This document shows, in pieces, positions 1 through 13,300 of a DNA stretch of 64,000 bases. The notes under the pieces were generated by a model that saw only the letters and a list, made by a program, of their open reading frames with translations, ran no database searches and had not been told where the DNA came from. The position numbers and the translations under genes are program-made. Position 1 is the first letter of the stretch. The number at the start of each line of letters is the position of its first letter. Origin of the DNA: Phoronis australis (Eukaryota; Animalia; Phoronida). The stretch is from contig NMRA01000254.1 in assembly GCA_002633005.1 (NCBI GenBank), positions 62,001 through 126,000 of the forward strand. The letters are read 5' to 3'.

Positions 1-119
1 CTCATGTCCCCATATTCGCTGCGAAAAGCCCTCCTCCCCCCAGCGTTGTGAAAAAATCCTCGGTGTCTGCGCTCGTGCTGCATTTGATGCCAAAACACGA
101 AAACTTTTGTTCTCTGACA

Positions 120-120
<1 letters not shown>

Positions 121-195
<75 letters not shown>

Positions 196-196
196 G
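121..196. repeat. (TCTG)19 microsatellite
   Basis: Perfect tetranucleotide run, followed by a short inverted CAGA tract at 201-211. Confidence 0.97.
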
Positions 197-3060
197 AAAT
201 CAGACAGACAGCCTACGAAGGTCCATTACTACGTAGGCCCATTAGTGCCAGAAAAAGAACCTGTTGTTGCGGATTGCCAATTCGTTGTTACCGACTTCCT
301 AAATCCGGCAGTAGACTAAATGGAAATTCTGTGTGTTGATGGAAGCCGGTAGTCTTTGGAAAGTTTCGTCATGAGATCTGGTGGGCATCAAAAGGGCTTC
401 GTGTTATTCGCTCGCTATTTTATGCAATGGCCGATCGTAGCAACCTGCGCGTGGCTGATGAATATCTACCCGGACCACCCGGACCTTACTTTACAAATTA
501 GCTATTTTTTCTGCTCAAGTCAGCAGCTAACGAGTCTGTCAGCCCCGTAGGCAAGTTTCGGCTCTGACCACATGAACTAATACCTTCCAGTCACTGGCCA
601 ATGATCAAACGTAACCCCCTTTTCTTTAGTTCCTAAATGCACTTTTAACGTAAAGAACAAATATAGCTGAGCCTGTCTAAATAGGGTATGAAACTTGTTG
701 TTTTCTTACGTAAGGCTCTCATAGTACACAACCAAGACTCACAATTGAAAATAATCGTACAGTAACTGCTACAACAGTTCCCAACACATATTGGGAGTGT
801 TCAATGACAGGGCCGCATGAAAGGTATGTTGTATATATGACGTACCCGCTGACTAAGTCAGGTAAGTAAGAGTGGCATGTTAGTCGAAAAGGCAAGGCTA
901 CTTAATGCTTCTGAGTTTGTTGGGTCATAGCATTGATCCCTACTGTCGCTGATTGGGAACTCTGTAGAAGACAGGCGCTGTGATGATCAGCAGGTCAGGG
1001 GTGCGTGCTGAACTAGGAAGCGATACAGGCTCACCGAGGGTTTCCACAATGGCCATATGAGCCACTAGTGTTCAACGGGCGAGGGGGGGCAAACCCGAAA
1101 GTGGTGGTAACCTGGGGGTCACTTCGCAATGAATAGGAGAACAAACGCATTCATGATTCGGCTGGAGAAGGACTTCATAAAGCGTGAGTGAATCTAATGG
1201 CATGATCCCGGTATGCGCACCGTGGCGACGCAGTGGGCGGGTTCTGTTTGGCAAAGTCTTTGAGTCAATGTTGTGAAAACATTGATTCCAATATGGCGAA
1301 TGATTTCATACCGCATTCTTTACTGTCGCAGTGGTAAAATGGCACAGCTCAGCAGCTTTTGCTGGACGTTTTTCCGCGGCTTGAATATCCAGGTGTAGGG
1401 AGCTCCAACTCGATCTGTTCCACAGGGTGTACAAAACCCGTAAATATGAACAGTATATTGTCTTGACCAAAGACGTCAAAAATCTCGCTCAAAGTCCAAA
1501 GAAACTGACTCCAAAGCCAATCTTCATTTACGACTATCGCAAGTGAAGCCGGCTACATGCAAAAACAAGCAACAATAGGCCTACACCAAATCAGTCGTTT
1601 TCACCCCAAAGTCAACATTCTCATGCGATTACTAAAAAATGGGAGACATCGCATTCGGACTGTCAAAACACTTCACATTGTTGAAATCAAGTAAAGTGTG
1701 GGCGTCGACCTGCCATATTTTCTTAAACTAAAAAACAAAATGTCTGAAGGGTGCCTGAATTAAATTTCATCTTCCAGCTTACAAATTGTAAAAGTCACGA
1801 CTTGTAAAAAGTGGGCACAAAGGATCAACCACTAGTAATAGCATTCTTTTATTAAGGAGTTAGCCTCAAAAATCAAGCAAATGCCATTGGTAGCCTTGAC
1901 GAGCAGTACGAAACTCCAAATCTCCGGCTAACCCAGCAGGCGTCAACTGAAATCTTGATGAAATTTTGGAGGCAAATTCAACCGTGGCTAAAAAAGCCAT
2001 TGCGTGCCACCTACATTTCAGAGCAAGATTAATGCACGTGCATATTCCATTCCACCCCAACATCTAAGCCATAAAATAATGTACGGTTGTATATAATCTG
2101 CATATCTGGACAGGACAATTAGTTTCTACAGAACACACAATTTCACTTAACAGTTTAAGTTTAATAGCGGACCAGTCAACAATGTCCTCGCCATCAGAAT
2201 ATGAATTTCGACCCAGCAAAAGCCGTCTTTTGGCTTGACGCAAAAGAGTTATACCTCAAATGTTTTCCATTAGGCCTACATAGCTAGTTAAAGCTGCAAT
2301 TCGCTCTGTTTAGCAAGTTAAAACGAAAATCGAATTAGGGTTTTTACTCTCGTTGGTCTCATAATAACGGATAAAGATATGTTTCCCATTCCAAAAAGAT
2401 CGTCGAAAGCATTTGCGACTGAAGAAAACGCTTCGGATTTTGTTGGGGTTGGCCAACCCTAAGATCGCAAATTCGAAAAAAGCTCACGTAAGCATTGCCT
2501 GTGACATTAGTTAGTAAGAAAAATGGAATCCTGTGAAGTCAAGGAACGTCATAAAACTTTATGAGACTAAAAGGCCTTCGCGTTGCATACTTCTGACGTG
2601 ATGGTGACAACGTTGTGACCGTACTGTAGTGATCTTGTTAATGCCAATGAAAGTAGTCTAGATGTACATCTGTGGCCAGTTACTTACAAGCCGAAAGTAC
2701 AGCCAAATTCTTGGCTGTATTGACATCCTTATTTGGAAAGTTACGTGCGCTGATACTGCCACGAGATTGCAAATGTATTGCCGCTATCCAGCGGACATCT
2801 GCATTGCGATGAGGGGATCACTATTTGCCCTTGCAGTCGTTGGCAGAGCCAACTTACTTCTATGACGTGATCAGTCAGCCAAAGAATGGATCCATCTGGT
2901 CTTTGCTATGGTACCAGTCTATAAGATGCATGGGAGCTCCATTGGCGGCCCTTGAATTTAGTGGTTAATCGGCGAGTGTTGAATCATGGGATTATTCAGT
3001 TTCCGTTCCAGAAGTGTAGATTTTTCGCCTCATTGCAAGCTAAAATGTCTTGCAGTCCTG

Positions 3061-3193
3061 CGTTCCGTGGACACGAGGATTCGGTTCACGGTGAAAATGC
3101 ACGATCATGGGAGATATTACGAGATTTCGCCAAGTGAAGTACGTAATCACAACCAGCTTTCTTCGCGACTCGAAGTTCTTGCGTCTACGGAAC
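3061..3193. mobile_element. Small MITE-like dispersed repeat (second copy ~25971-26099)
   Basis: Imperfect inverted ends CGTTC(C/T)GT(G/A)GAC..GCGTCTACGGAAC; core TTCTTGCGTCTACGGAAC is shared by both copies. Confidence 0.5.
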
Positions 3194-3625
3194 TCAACAC
3201 AGGTCAAATGTTCAACACCTCTGAGTAACTGGAAACGAGCTTTGTTCCCACATCGGACTACAATAGCTCCAGTAACTACCCGGGTGATCGATCGTCCGGA
3301 CAATAATTAAGTTTGACATCTCAAATATTTTGGTCAGCGACTGTCAGTGTCAGTGCAGGCGGTAAATGTATGCTGTAAAGAGATACGAAAGCTTACAATA
3401 GAATACGAACGGCCACCTCCCAGTGTATGACGTAACACAATAAAAGATTTTCAAGTCTCTCACGACCACCGCTGGAGATTTCAGTCTTCCTAGTTCAGTT
3501 CACAAACTTAAAGATTGAGTGACAGAGCTCTGCAGGTATGTCTTCATTTCAAGTAACTGCTATGCCGCTGTGAAAACTGGGAATGCTGGGGTCTTTTACT
3601 TAAAATGTAGTGACTCTACCGTGAC

Positions 3626-3782
3626 CAGAGGCGGATTTAGAGGGGGGCTAAGGGGGCCATTGCCCCCCTAAAATTCCCCCAGATTCCATTTGGCAGTTCG
3701 AGGGTGAGAATGTCTGAGGGGCAAATTCTTGGCTAATACTTTGGCCTGCCCCCCCCAACACAAAATCCTGGATCCGCCCCTG
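3626..3782. mobile_element. MITE with CAG(G/A)GGCGGAT termini (non-autonomous DNA transposon family)
   Basis: TIRs CAGAGGCGGATTTAG / CTGGATCCGCCCCTG; a reverse-complement copy lies at 52988-53134; related ends occur at ~12000, ~17500 and 35172-35386. Confidence 0.75.
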
Positions 3783-5321
3783 TTTACGATGTTCTTTTAC
3801 ATAGCGACTAAACGGACTAATTACGACAAGTGGCCAGTTTCAGCATCCGTCAGTCTCGCTCATTCGCGACCGCTCTGTAAACCGTAGCAAAGTTACGGCA
3901 AGCAGACCCCAACAGTCTTTAATTGATTGCGTTTTCATTGGGCCTCATAGGTTAGAGGCACGATGTCAGTTTTTAGCTATAATATAAATATTAAGAAAAC
4001 TTCAAAGCTTTTTAGAGATCACGTTCATGTTCGCGCTGTAACACAACGCAATATTCGAAGACGTTTCAGCAAGCGGCATCCGCTGTGATTTTGCATACAG
4101 AAAGGTACAATCTAAATGCAAAAATGAGTTCACCCCACAGAAAGATATATAACAAGTAAATTGGGTAGCCCAGCAGAGAGTTCAGTGACCGTTTGATTCC
4201 TTTTAACCTGAGCTTATTTTATTCAATCTCACACAATCGAGTCTAGCATTCGTATGATTTCATATAAAAGCGTCAATATCTGGCATTCAAAATTAACTTT
4301 TGAATATTCCCCAATGATTCTTCCTTTAGACTACCCGTTCAAGAGCGGCTTTTTTCGACACATTTCTGAGTCGTTCTATAAAGATCTACCACGGGTTGTT
4401 TGTTCTCTCTGCTTCGTCCGTGGCTTCCCCAGTATCAACGCTGGATTTGGGGTACAAACAATCTAGACATTTTGGTTACCAATAGGGGTCTCTTGTATCA
4501 GCTGGTCTGGAAATGCGTTAACATAGAATGACGTACTGATTGCTATCAACGAAGTTCGCTTCCCCTGCAACGAAAGACGTTGGTTCTCAGCGTTTTCAGA
4601 TGCGGGGTTCTCTCATTAAATGGTTATTGACGCTAACCACTGATTTGGACAAATATTTCGATTTTATGCGTCCTCATATAGCGTACACATATGGGTGCAT
4701 ATTGCCGTTACATCTAACGGTTTTTCGATGGATCCTCATGATATTTGAACGGCGCGTTGATTTTCGAATGGATTCGATTGCGGTGGAAATATTTGAAATA
4801 TGAACACCCCTCACATGTTTACCGTTTGCGATGCACACAGCGGATGCATATCAACGCAGTGCATTGCTTTCGTTATTGTCGCAGGTTACTCGCACCTTTT
4901 CGAAAGTTGCGTCATCACTTCCGATTCGAAAAAATGCAACTTTTATCAGTTTTATGTTTTTCAGAAAAGCTTTGAAAAAGTTCAAACTACTCACAATGCC
5001 AAATGACAAAAAGGCCTTCCAAAATGTAACATACCCTTTCAAATTTTAATTCACTGCATTTTTATGTTTTGGAGACATAATTTTGGCTGTCCATTAATTT
5101 AAAATTCCTCCGTGGTCCTCTATACAGTCAAGTTATCGGTGCTGTAAGGCACAGCGCAGACGAAGACTCAGCTAATAGTCTCAAATCACACATGGACAAC
5201 TAACTTGCATTTGAGGCGCCTTCTTCTTCGTCTGCGTCAGGCCGTACGATGATAGGCCACACGGCTACATTCCCTTAAAACTTATCCCAGTTTACTCCCT
5301 TACTCAGGCTAAAACTGACTT

Positions 5322-5477
5322 CTGCCTCCCGTTCAGTAACGCTAGGACCTCGCTAAAAAGCAAGACTTCGCGAGATTACGTGAGATATTACCGTGTATTT
5401 TAAATTAGAACACGTAACTTTAACTAGATTTTAGCTAGGTCCTAGAGTAGGTCCAAGCGTTTCTGAACGTACGCCTG
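5322..5477. mobile_element. MITE with ~21-bp imperfect TIRs
   Basis: CGTTCAGTAACGCTAGGACCT (5330-5350) is inverted relative to AGGTCCAAGCGTTTCTGAACG (5449-5469). Confidence 0.55.
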
Positions 5478-8253
5478 GGTTAGGAAAGAACATACAATTC
5501 GTTTATGCTGCAGACTAGCATCAACAAGTTCAATTAATCCGGCTGGTCATTTTATGCACCGGGTTTACAACTTTGTCATGTGCTTCTGTCGGTCAGATTT
5601 TTTTTCATCGTGGCGCTTTTTCTCGTCTAGCATGTACTGCATTGATTTGGGTTTTATATCACGGGGCCGCATCCCAAAGACTCTGCGTACTTTGAATTCC
5701 CTGACCAGGATGAGTGGCGGTGACTGAGAATCCCTCGAAACACGCTCTAATAGGTTTCACTCAATCCACCTTCTTAATCACGAGAGCTTAAACCAATATA
5801 CACAGACACTGATCAAATATGTTTTCGTTGAAACAGTTTTTAATTGCACTCAACGAATTTGTTTATCTTCAGTAACGGCACAGTTATAAATTGTTCACAT
5901 GACTAAATCTCCCCGATCTACAGCGGATAATCAATATGTTTAAAGTCTCACTTAACTTGAGTCCAAGTCGTTTAGATTTTCATGAGGAGCTTGTATTGTT
6001 TTGAGTATCACAATGATCGCCCTGTGCTGACGCATTTCTTACAAGGACAAGAATTCTAAAAAGAACACAGTTTCGCAGAATGTCATATTTCCGTCTTGTA
6101 ACCTTCACAAAAAACAAAACACAACATTCTCCTTCGTTATTGGCGTAGTTTGAATTGTAGACAGTTGTTGCCATAAACAACTCGTTTTTGTTTTCCATTG
6201 CGCGGCCTTTGCAAAGTACAAACGTGATATTTTTGTGCGAAATAACCGGAGAATTGCGGTACCCGCTGTCTAGGAATAAGCAATGTTGGGTCCCCTGTGA
6301 CTCGTCAGTTCTCCACTTTTCAACATTCATGCACCTGTCTGTATTTTAATATTTACTTGAATAAATACGCAGGTATGCTTCAATTGAAATTCTGTTTATA
6401 ATTGACACAATACATACGAGGATCTTTTCAATCAGGCATTCCCTTTCATTCGACGGCTTTGTTGTTATTAGGTTAGACAGCGAAAGGGATCGGCTGTGAG
6501 CTCTTAATCTGTGAAAGAAGCGAAAGAATCTATCTACGGTTACCTTTACGTCGATTGATTTCTGGTTACCTAACTGATTCCAGACACGAGATCCATGAGA
6601 ATGTGAAACAGTTTAAGTGGAGGCTCAGATCATTTGTTGTGTATTAGTCTGAGGTGGAGGATAGCTCATGTAATACAAGAGACCAAAGCAAAAACTGGAT
6701 TCCTTTTTGCGCCGTTATTTACAGCTGTCCGGTATTTTAGGCGCTTTCCACGAACATCATGGACTAAACTTAATCTCTTAACGTTGTCGTCATGCACATC
6801 ATTCTCCCGGGGTGTACTTCACCATATTTTGACGGGGATGGGAGGGGGGGGGGCAGCTGAAAAATAGGATACCCGCAGATTTTTAAAGAGTAGAATTTAA
6901 ATGGAACACGTTTTACCCCAGAAACGCCGCCCTTTGTAGTGACTATATACACAAAGCTAACATTGTCGTTGCACTTCTTCGACAGCTAGAAATGCATATT
7001 TTGTAACGCAGCTCTTGAAATGTAGACACTGTTAAAACCCTTCTGTAGATTTGTGTAGTTGAAAAACTGAACCCTTTCGGAGAGAGTTTTGTCGGAAAAG
7101 GCGCGTCTTCGTATTGTAAATGCTCACGAAAAAATTTACCCATCTGAACTGCATGTTCCGTATAGATCATCTATGGAAGTTTACCAGGGCTGAATCTATT
7201 ACTTGGAAGAGAACCCCCGGCATCTTTCCTCCCTATCCTGTCCTGTTATTATTTCAATGCTCTGCACTATGATGAGAATACTCATCACAAACACTTTTCG
7301 GCGGCAGATCAAGCATATTAAATAGTCATCGAAAAAAATCTCCTGGTCTCGAATTAAGTATCCAGCTCAGTACATTATCGATGTAATTAATCAATCAAAG
7401 CAGAAGAGATAGATACTATTAATTCAAGTGAACAATAGCGCCTCACAAGGACAAGCCTCCGGGGAATCGCATCTGTCTAATAATTCAACTTCAGACGCGT
7501 TAGACTCGAGTCGCAATAAATTTAAGTTGAATTAGACTGTAGCAGAAAAGAGAGAGGGAATTTCCGGCAACAGGGAAGTGAATCCTCGTGGATTAACAAT
7601 ATAGATATTCTATAATTTTGTGAACAGGTGACGCGGAAGTGAAAATTTCGGTGAAAATAGTGCGTTTACAATCCGTATCATTCTCGTGTTATTCGAAATC
7701 CGCATTTTGCAGGCTTTCATGTTGCTTATTTCAGAGGTCATTGGCGCAAAATGAAGTTAGTTTTCGGGTCTATTCCGCATATTAAAAACAGCTGACGAGT
7801 GAAAATTTCCTGCAGAGCCCATCACTTTTTGGCTAACAGTCATTTCAAAACGAGGGGGACGTAGTCTCGAGATTTACGCCACTGTTCTCATGGACAAGTT
7901 AAAGTATGCAATCATTTTGCAAATTCAATTCACCGAAATCAAAGTGTTTAGAATGGAGTCATGTTTCTTTGGCGCTGAATACGTTTGTTGAGTTTTGTCA
8001 CGAAGACCAAACAGCGTCTCCTCTTTATTTATTTTCTAGTATATAAGAATGAATGGACAGTATTTATAGTATGTGTTCCTTAGTCTGTTTGTCTTGTTAT
8101 TATCGATTTGGAATGGTCATTTCTCTGCTCTAAACCTGCGTCCCACCTAAGAAAGGACTTCTCGATTTAGACACCTTATCTAACTGGTCTCATTGTTGAG
8201 ACCTTGCTTGGCGCATGACACTGTACGCTGAGGTTAAGACGCTTAATAGAGCC

Positions 8254-8527
8254 GAGGCCACGTTTCATGAAAACTGGCTTAAGGCGTAAGTCTCTTCGCT
8301 ATTACTGGATGACTTTTAGCACATCACATTTAACCAATCATTAAAGTAATTAGCACTTGTGGGATTATAGTGAGATTTTAAGAGATTTTGCACTGTGATG
8401 ATATGAGATTAGATTGTTTTTCAAAAATAGTGGAGCCTGAGACCAAATATGTAACTTAAGCCGTTTAACTTAAAAAGTCACTTGTCATGAAACAGGTCCC
8501 ACTGGTCTGTTTCATGACAAGTGACTT
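8254..8527. mobile_element. MITE (GG..GTTTCATGA termini, Harbinger-like) plus an adjacent inverted end forming a 21-bp stem
   Basis: GAGGCCACGTTTCATGA ... TCATGAAACAGGTCCC; 8475-8495 pairs perfectly with 8507-8527. Confidence 0.55.
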
Positions 8528-8715
8528 GGGACGTGAAACAGTCAGAAATCCTGAACTATGCTCCCACTTCTCAATAAAGGTTTTAGCCAAGTAATTAAGA
8601 GCGCATCACAGTCCAAAAATAATTTATGGAAACAGTGTCAGTAACTTACAGTTATGTGTATGTCCTCAGAGATTTTGCAACTTCCAGCTTGACACCATTT
8701 CTGAGTTGTGTGTAT

Positions 8716-8716
8716 G

Positions 8717-8788
<72 letters not shown>
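8716..8788. repeat. Compound (GTGC)n(GT)n microsatellite
   Basis: Direct reading. Confidence 0.96.
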
Positions 8789-10301
8789 GACGGCCGTTTG
8801 ACTCCTTTCCTTTTACGCCGTGTCAGTTGCGCGGTGTCAAAAGTTTTAAAATGTCTGAACGAGATTATACTTGCGCCCGATCATCTCGTTCCGTGTCAGC
8901 TGATCAGTGTCATCTTTTGCAGTGTGAACGGGACTTAAGTGTCTCTTTATGAAAAAGTTCTTACGAAAGGGTTCAATTTGGAAGTTCAGAACTCCTCAAA
9001 TAGTTCCTATTTCTCAATTACAAAATTTATACAAGGATTTTCAACATTTTTTGTTTTTAAAACGTTGCATGCAAGAGGTTTACTCATTGTCTACTACATG
9101 GCATTTCTTATTTACCGCATCAGGCTTAAAGGGTTGAAAAGAAAGTTGCTGTTAAGAATCACGAAAAACGGGTTTGATTTCTGGGATTATAACTTCTGAC
9201 AAAAGGTGAAATCTATGGAACAAAATCCTACAAAAGGGTGACCTTTTCATTGACGCTCCCTTTTTCGAGGTTCGCTCTCTTTTTGGTTGTCGTTATTCTA
9301 ATTTTCCAGCTGCACCCGCGTTAAAAACTATAGTCTAGTTCACTCGGGTCAAAGCGTTATACGTCCATCCTATGCCTAACGTAAAGTGAAGCACCGAGAC
9401 TAACTTACGATGCATTTCAAGAGATCGACTTGTTTTTCTTGAGGGTTCATCTTGTCCTAACTGTAAAGCGTCTTGCTGAAGTTGCCGACCGGTGTTCACG
9501 TATTGGTATCCAGCATCTGTTCCTGAATTCAGGGAAAATGCGACGGACAGTGGTCGTCCATCGCTCAACACTGAATGGACTGCTACGCACCAGCAGTAAC
9601 AACAGGACCACATCCATGTCAAAAAATTCCGAGGACTACAGGTTTCATTACTTATTAAACACCATCACGTCATACCACGATGCGTGTCTAACAAAAATGT
9701 TAGCTATGTGTAATGTCCGAAACTACATTACCGTCACTTCCGCTGAGGTCGATATCGTTTCAGGTTTATCTCCTCATAAACCTTGTTCAATATTTTATCG
9801 GACAATGCTGTTATGTTATCAGAGGGTCTCCCTTAATCTTATCGTTAGCCACCCTAAGTAGCAGACTGCTCGAACCAATCGATGCACAGGGATCTATTGT
9901 ACGCAAAACAGTGGGTTGCCTCCTTATGTTATGAAACCTTTGACTTGCTAGAGACATTTGAGGTGACACACTTTCTACTGGTGTATTGTGATTTATTGTA
10001 TTGTGTTATTTAGTGTCACGGGATGGTGATCGCACCTCTTCACACAGTGGTCATCACTTAGGAAAGAACATCTCGTAAGACAGCAATACATTCCTGACGC
10101 ATAACACGACTGCCGCTGAACATCGAAAGAGTCTACCCGCAGATTCTGTCCTATGTCTTGCCGCTCAAGAACAATAACTATCGCTTGTTGATCAGCCGGC
10201 AACCGAGTACTGTCGATGAGGAGTATTGATTAATTTTCACCTGTGCGGCTTTTATTACAGGTGATTTGCACGTCAGGTCACCAGTTTAGAGGAAGCCTGT
10301 C

Positions 10302-10352
10302 ATGGATACCCGGAGGTCTGGAAACCGTTTCGAGTGGATTGAAGACACTCAG
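10302..10352 (+). CDS. Spectraplakin probable first coding exon (MDTRRSGNRFEWIEDTQ); exon starts at 10261
   Basis: Acceptor ttttattacag|10261, donor CAG|gtacgt; FEWIEDTQ resembles plakin LEWVEENQ; phase 0 joins the 19488 exon. Confidence 0.65.
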
Positions 10353-13300
10353 GTACGTGAACATCTCCATAGTCATGAACCCCTCAGTGGTCGGTTGACG
10401 GGTGCGAGGCATTACTGACCTATGTTGTTTTTTCAAACTCTCTTGGTCGAGTACTCAAAATTGAACCATGATAAGTTTATAATGAACGCTGAGGACACGG
10501 AGGCCTATAAGTTTGTCACCGTCATTACCCGTGTTATTTGAACCTAGGAACCTGGTTCCTAGTTTGAACATACGTGTCTCATGACAGATCGTGGCTTACC
10601 GGACATTTCAAAAATCTGACGAATACCGATAGTATAAAATGGTGCGTTGTGATAAATATGATGTATTGCAGGAACTGACGTAATCACGGGTGGGGGCAAT
10701 GAGGCCTTGCCCTCGGTCCTGTACATTGTAAAACAATCTCCCCCCTGGTCGATACATGCTTCAGTTTTGCGTTGTCTTCCCTGTGTAATGCATAGTGTCC
10801 CGAGTTGCCATCCATTTTATCCCCCTCCTCCCTGTCCCCAAGAATTTCGGATCCTTAGTCGTTATAGGTGACAGCGGTAATGTGCGACTGGTTGCTAAGT
10901 CATTCCTTGGGAATGCTCTCGCATCATGTACCCACCCTGAACTCAATGACGTTGTAGCCCCCATTTCCCTTGCCTGAACCGCCGTTGTCCTCTCGAAAAT
11001 CTCTTCCCTGCGACTTCTGACGCCCTTTTGGCAATTGCCCATTGACCGGGTTGGATTACCCCAAAACATCAATTGCCGAACACGTTTGAATGCTCGCTCT
11101 TTAATGTGACCTTTCATATCAAGCATGCATATATATGTTGATGCTGGTTCAAGTACACTTTATTCCAATCGGAGTTTGTTCCGTATGATCGCTGAACAAA
11201 CATTCGATGTGTTAATTGGTATAACTATGCCAATGGTCGTATGTAGGCAACGCCCACTCTAGTGTTGGGTGATAACAGCGATAACTTAGCAGACTATGCA
11301 TTAGCAATTAAAAAATCTAAATATTCTCATTTACCATGATTTTCCTTTGTCGTAGCAATAATCTTAATTGTCAACATAGCGTGTGAAGTTGATCAAGGTC
11401 CCTTTGTTACTTGACCAACAACAGTGTCGTAAAATGATCACCACGTCCTTGCAGCATGTGATATTCTCTGTATGAGGCCTAATCGCGTGCTAAGCTGATA
11501 ACTGTACGTTAGCAATAGGACAGTGCTCGTCAGGTATTTTGCTGGCATGACTAATAGTCTTCAATTCATGATTGTGCGAGCATATTTACCGACCACTAAG
11601 TGAACAAACCAACGGACCAGTGATGAAGGAGAATGAATGGTCAACAATATTGACGTCCTCGACACTCATTTCAATTTTGTGTTTGGCTACTCTGTTTATA
11701 GCAAACAATCCACCAGGGGTTCGTTTCATAAAAAATGACTTACGAATTCAGTCCAAAATTTAGCCTTACGCTTCGCGCAATTTCCGAATCTCACTTGTTC
11801 ACACGTCCAAGGTTTCTAAGAATAGGTATATAACTGCTAGTTACTTAAATAATTTCTTTCATTTCTTTCTTGTCTGAACTTTTTGAACTTTTTTCAGCAA
11901 TTGTGAGGTGGGAACGTAAGATCTAATTTCGGACCCCAGATCGCGTTCCCCTGTCGCCTACAATTTCGCATTTGCAAACTTTCCATTTTTTGAATACCCC
12001 TGGATCCGCCACAGCACTTGGACCTCGTTTTATAACAATTCTACTTTGCTACCGTTAACTACGAACTGAAAAGACACAAGTGCCATATAATTGAGCCAAC
12101 CCGGCATTTTCGACATGAGAACCTCACAAACTGAAATTTGATTCTAAATGTTTCGACAAAAAGTTTAATAATGTTTTTTGTAGTGTTGTCGAAGTGATAT
12201 ATGTATTTCTTTCAAATAATCTTATCATATCAGTTACAACAGGTTTCTGGCAAAGTTGTGAACTGCATTTCTCGATTCTGAAGTTACCACCATGAGAAGC
12301 AGGTCTTAGTCACTGACCAAAATAGACGATGTTTTATATTAAAACAATTTATAACCCGTATTGATGTTTAAATCAACCTTTATTTGTATTTGATATTCTG
12401 CTCAACGATGGCGTCTTGTTGTGATACCAGCGTGTGGTGCACCCTCCTGTGGCGACAATAAGTTTACACAAGTAGCTGATAGCACGGTTCACCGACTTGT
12501 CACACAGCAAGTCAACGCCTACAGTAGTCAAATGATATAATCGGGTGTGAGCAGTCGTTCGTGAAATTCAGCGTAGTTTGTAACTCTTCGACAGGCCGAT
12601 CTCTATTCGCAGTGGAGTTATCTAGCTCGCAAATGATAGGGCAATCGCATGTACTTGGCAATTACACATTCAATTAAACGTCTGATACCCTGGAAAGTGA
12701 TCGTTGATTATATTATATACTCACTTGTACATCTTAATGAACTTTGTTAAAATGTCTTCACATCTCGTGTGTTAGTTAATTAGTAATGTAAACGTTTTGC
12801 GTTTGACGACTATGTCAACAGCACCAACTTGTCAAAAGTACCCGTGAATCGTAATTTCTACATAAGGGTACAGGATGATTGGACATCTGGACTATAGAAA
12901 CTGGTGGTCATTTCATTGTTGCAAGAGGGAGCGCCAAATTACAGTTCTGCCAAGTGTAGTTTTCATTCTTTAGTAGCGTGCACTGTTAATTCAGTGCTGG
13001 GGCAAAAGTCCTACCCCCCGGCGCCTCGATGAAGCATTGGGAATAAATTATATTATTACTTAAGAGAGTTTATGGGGACCGTCATATATATGTTACAATA
13101 CGCAATTCTTGTCGTGTTTCACATGTTTTAACTCGAACGGTTAATAAGTGTAAGGACGACGATCCAAACGCATTCTATTCACGCCAACAGAATTTCCCCA
13201 TTGGATTTTGTAAGTGGCAAGTGGTTGATTGGAGTATATTTTATAGTGGGTGGTTTGCTCGGTAAAATTCACTCTTCACGTACAAACTAAATACATATAC

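Noticed and set aside
107-319. ORF with (LSVC)n, and the (CVRA)n ORFs at 8626-8952
   Set aside because: Translations of microsatellites
4050-4720. Possible second Penelope remnant (- strand LDVTA.. and LLNG* peptides, GAAACGTC)
   Set aside because: Matches are too short and not reliably collinear to support a call
10761-11126. 121-aa - strand ORF
   Set aside because: No recognisable domain or supporting exon structure
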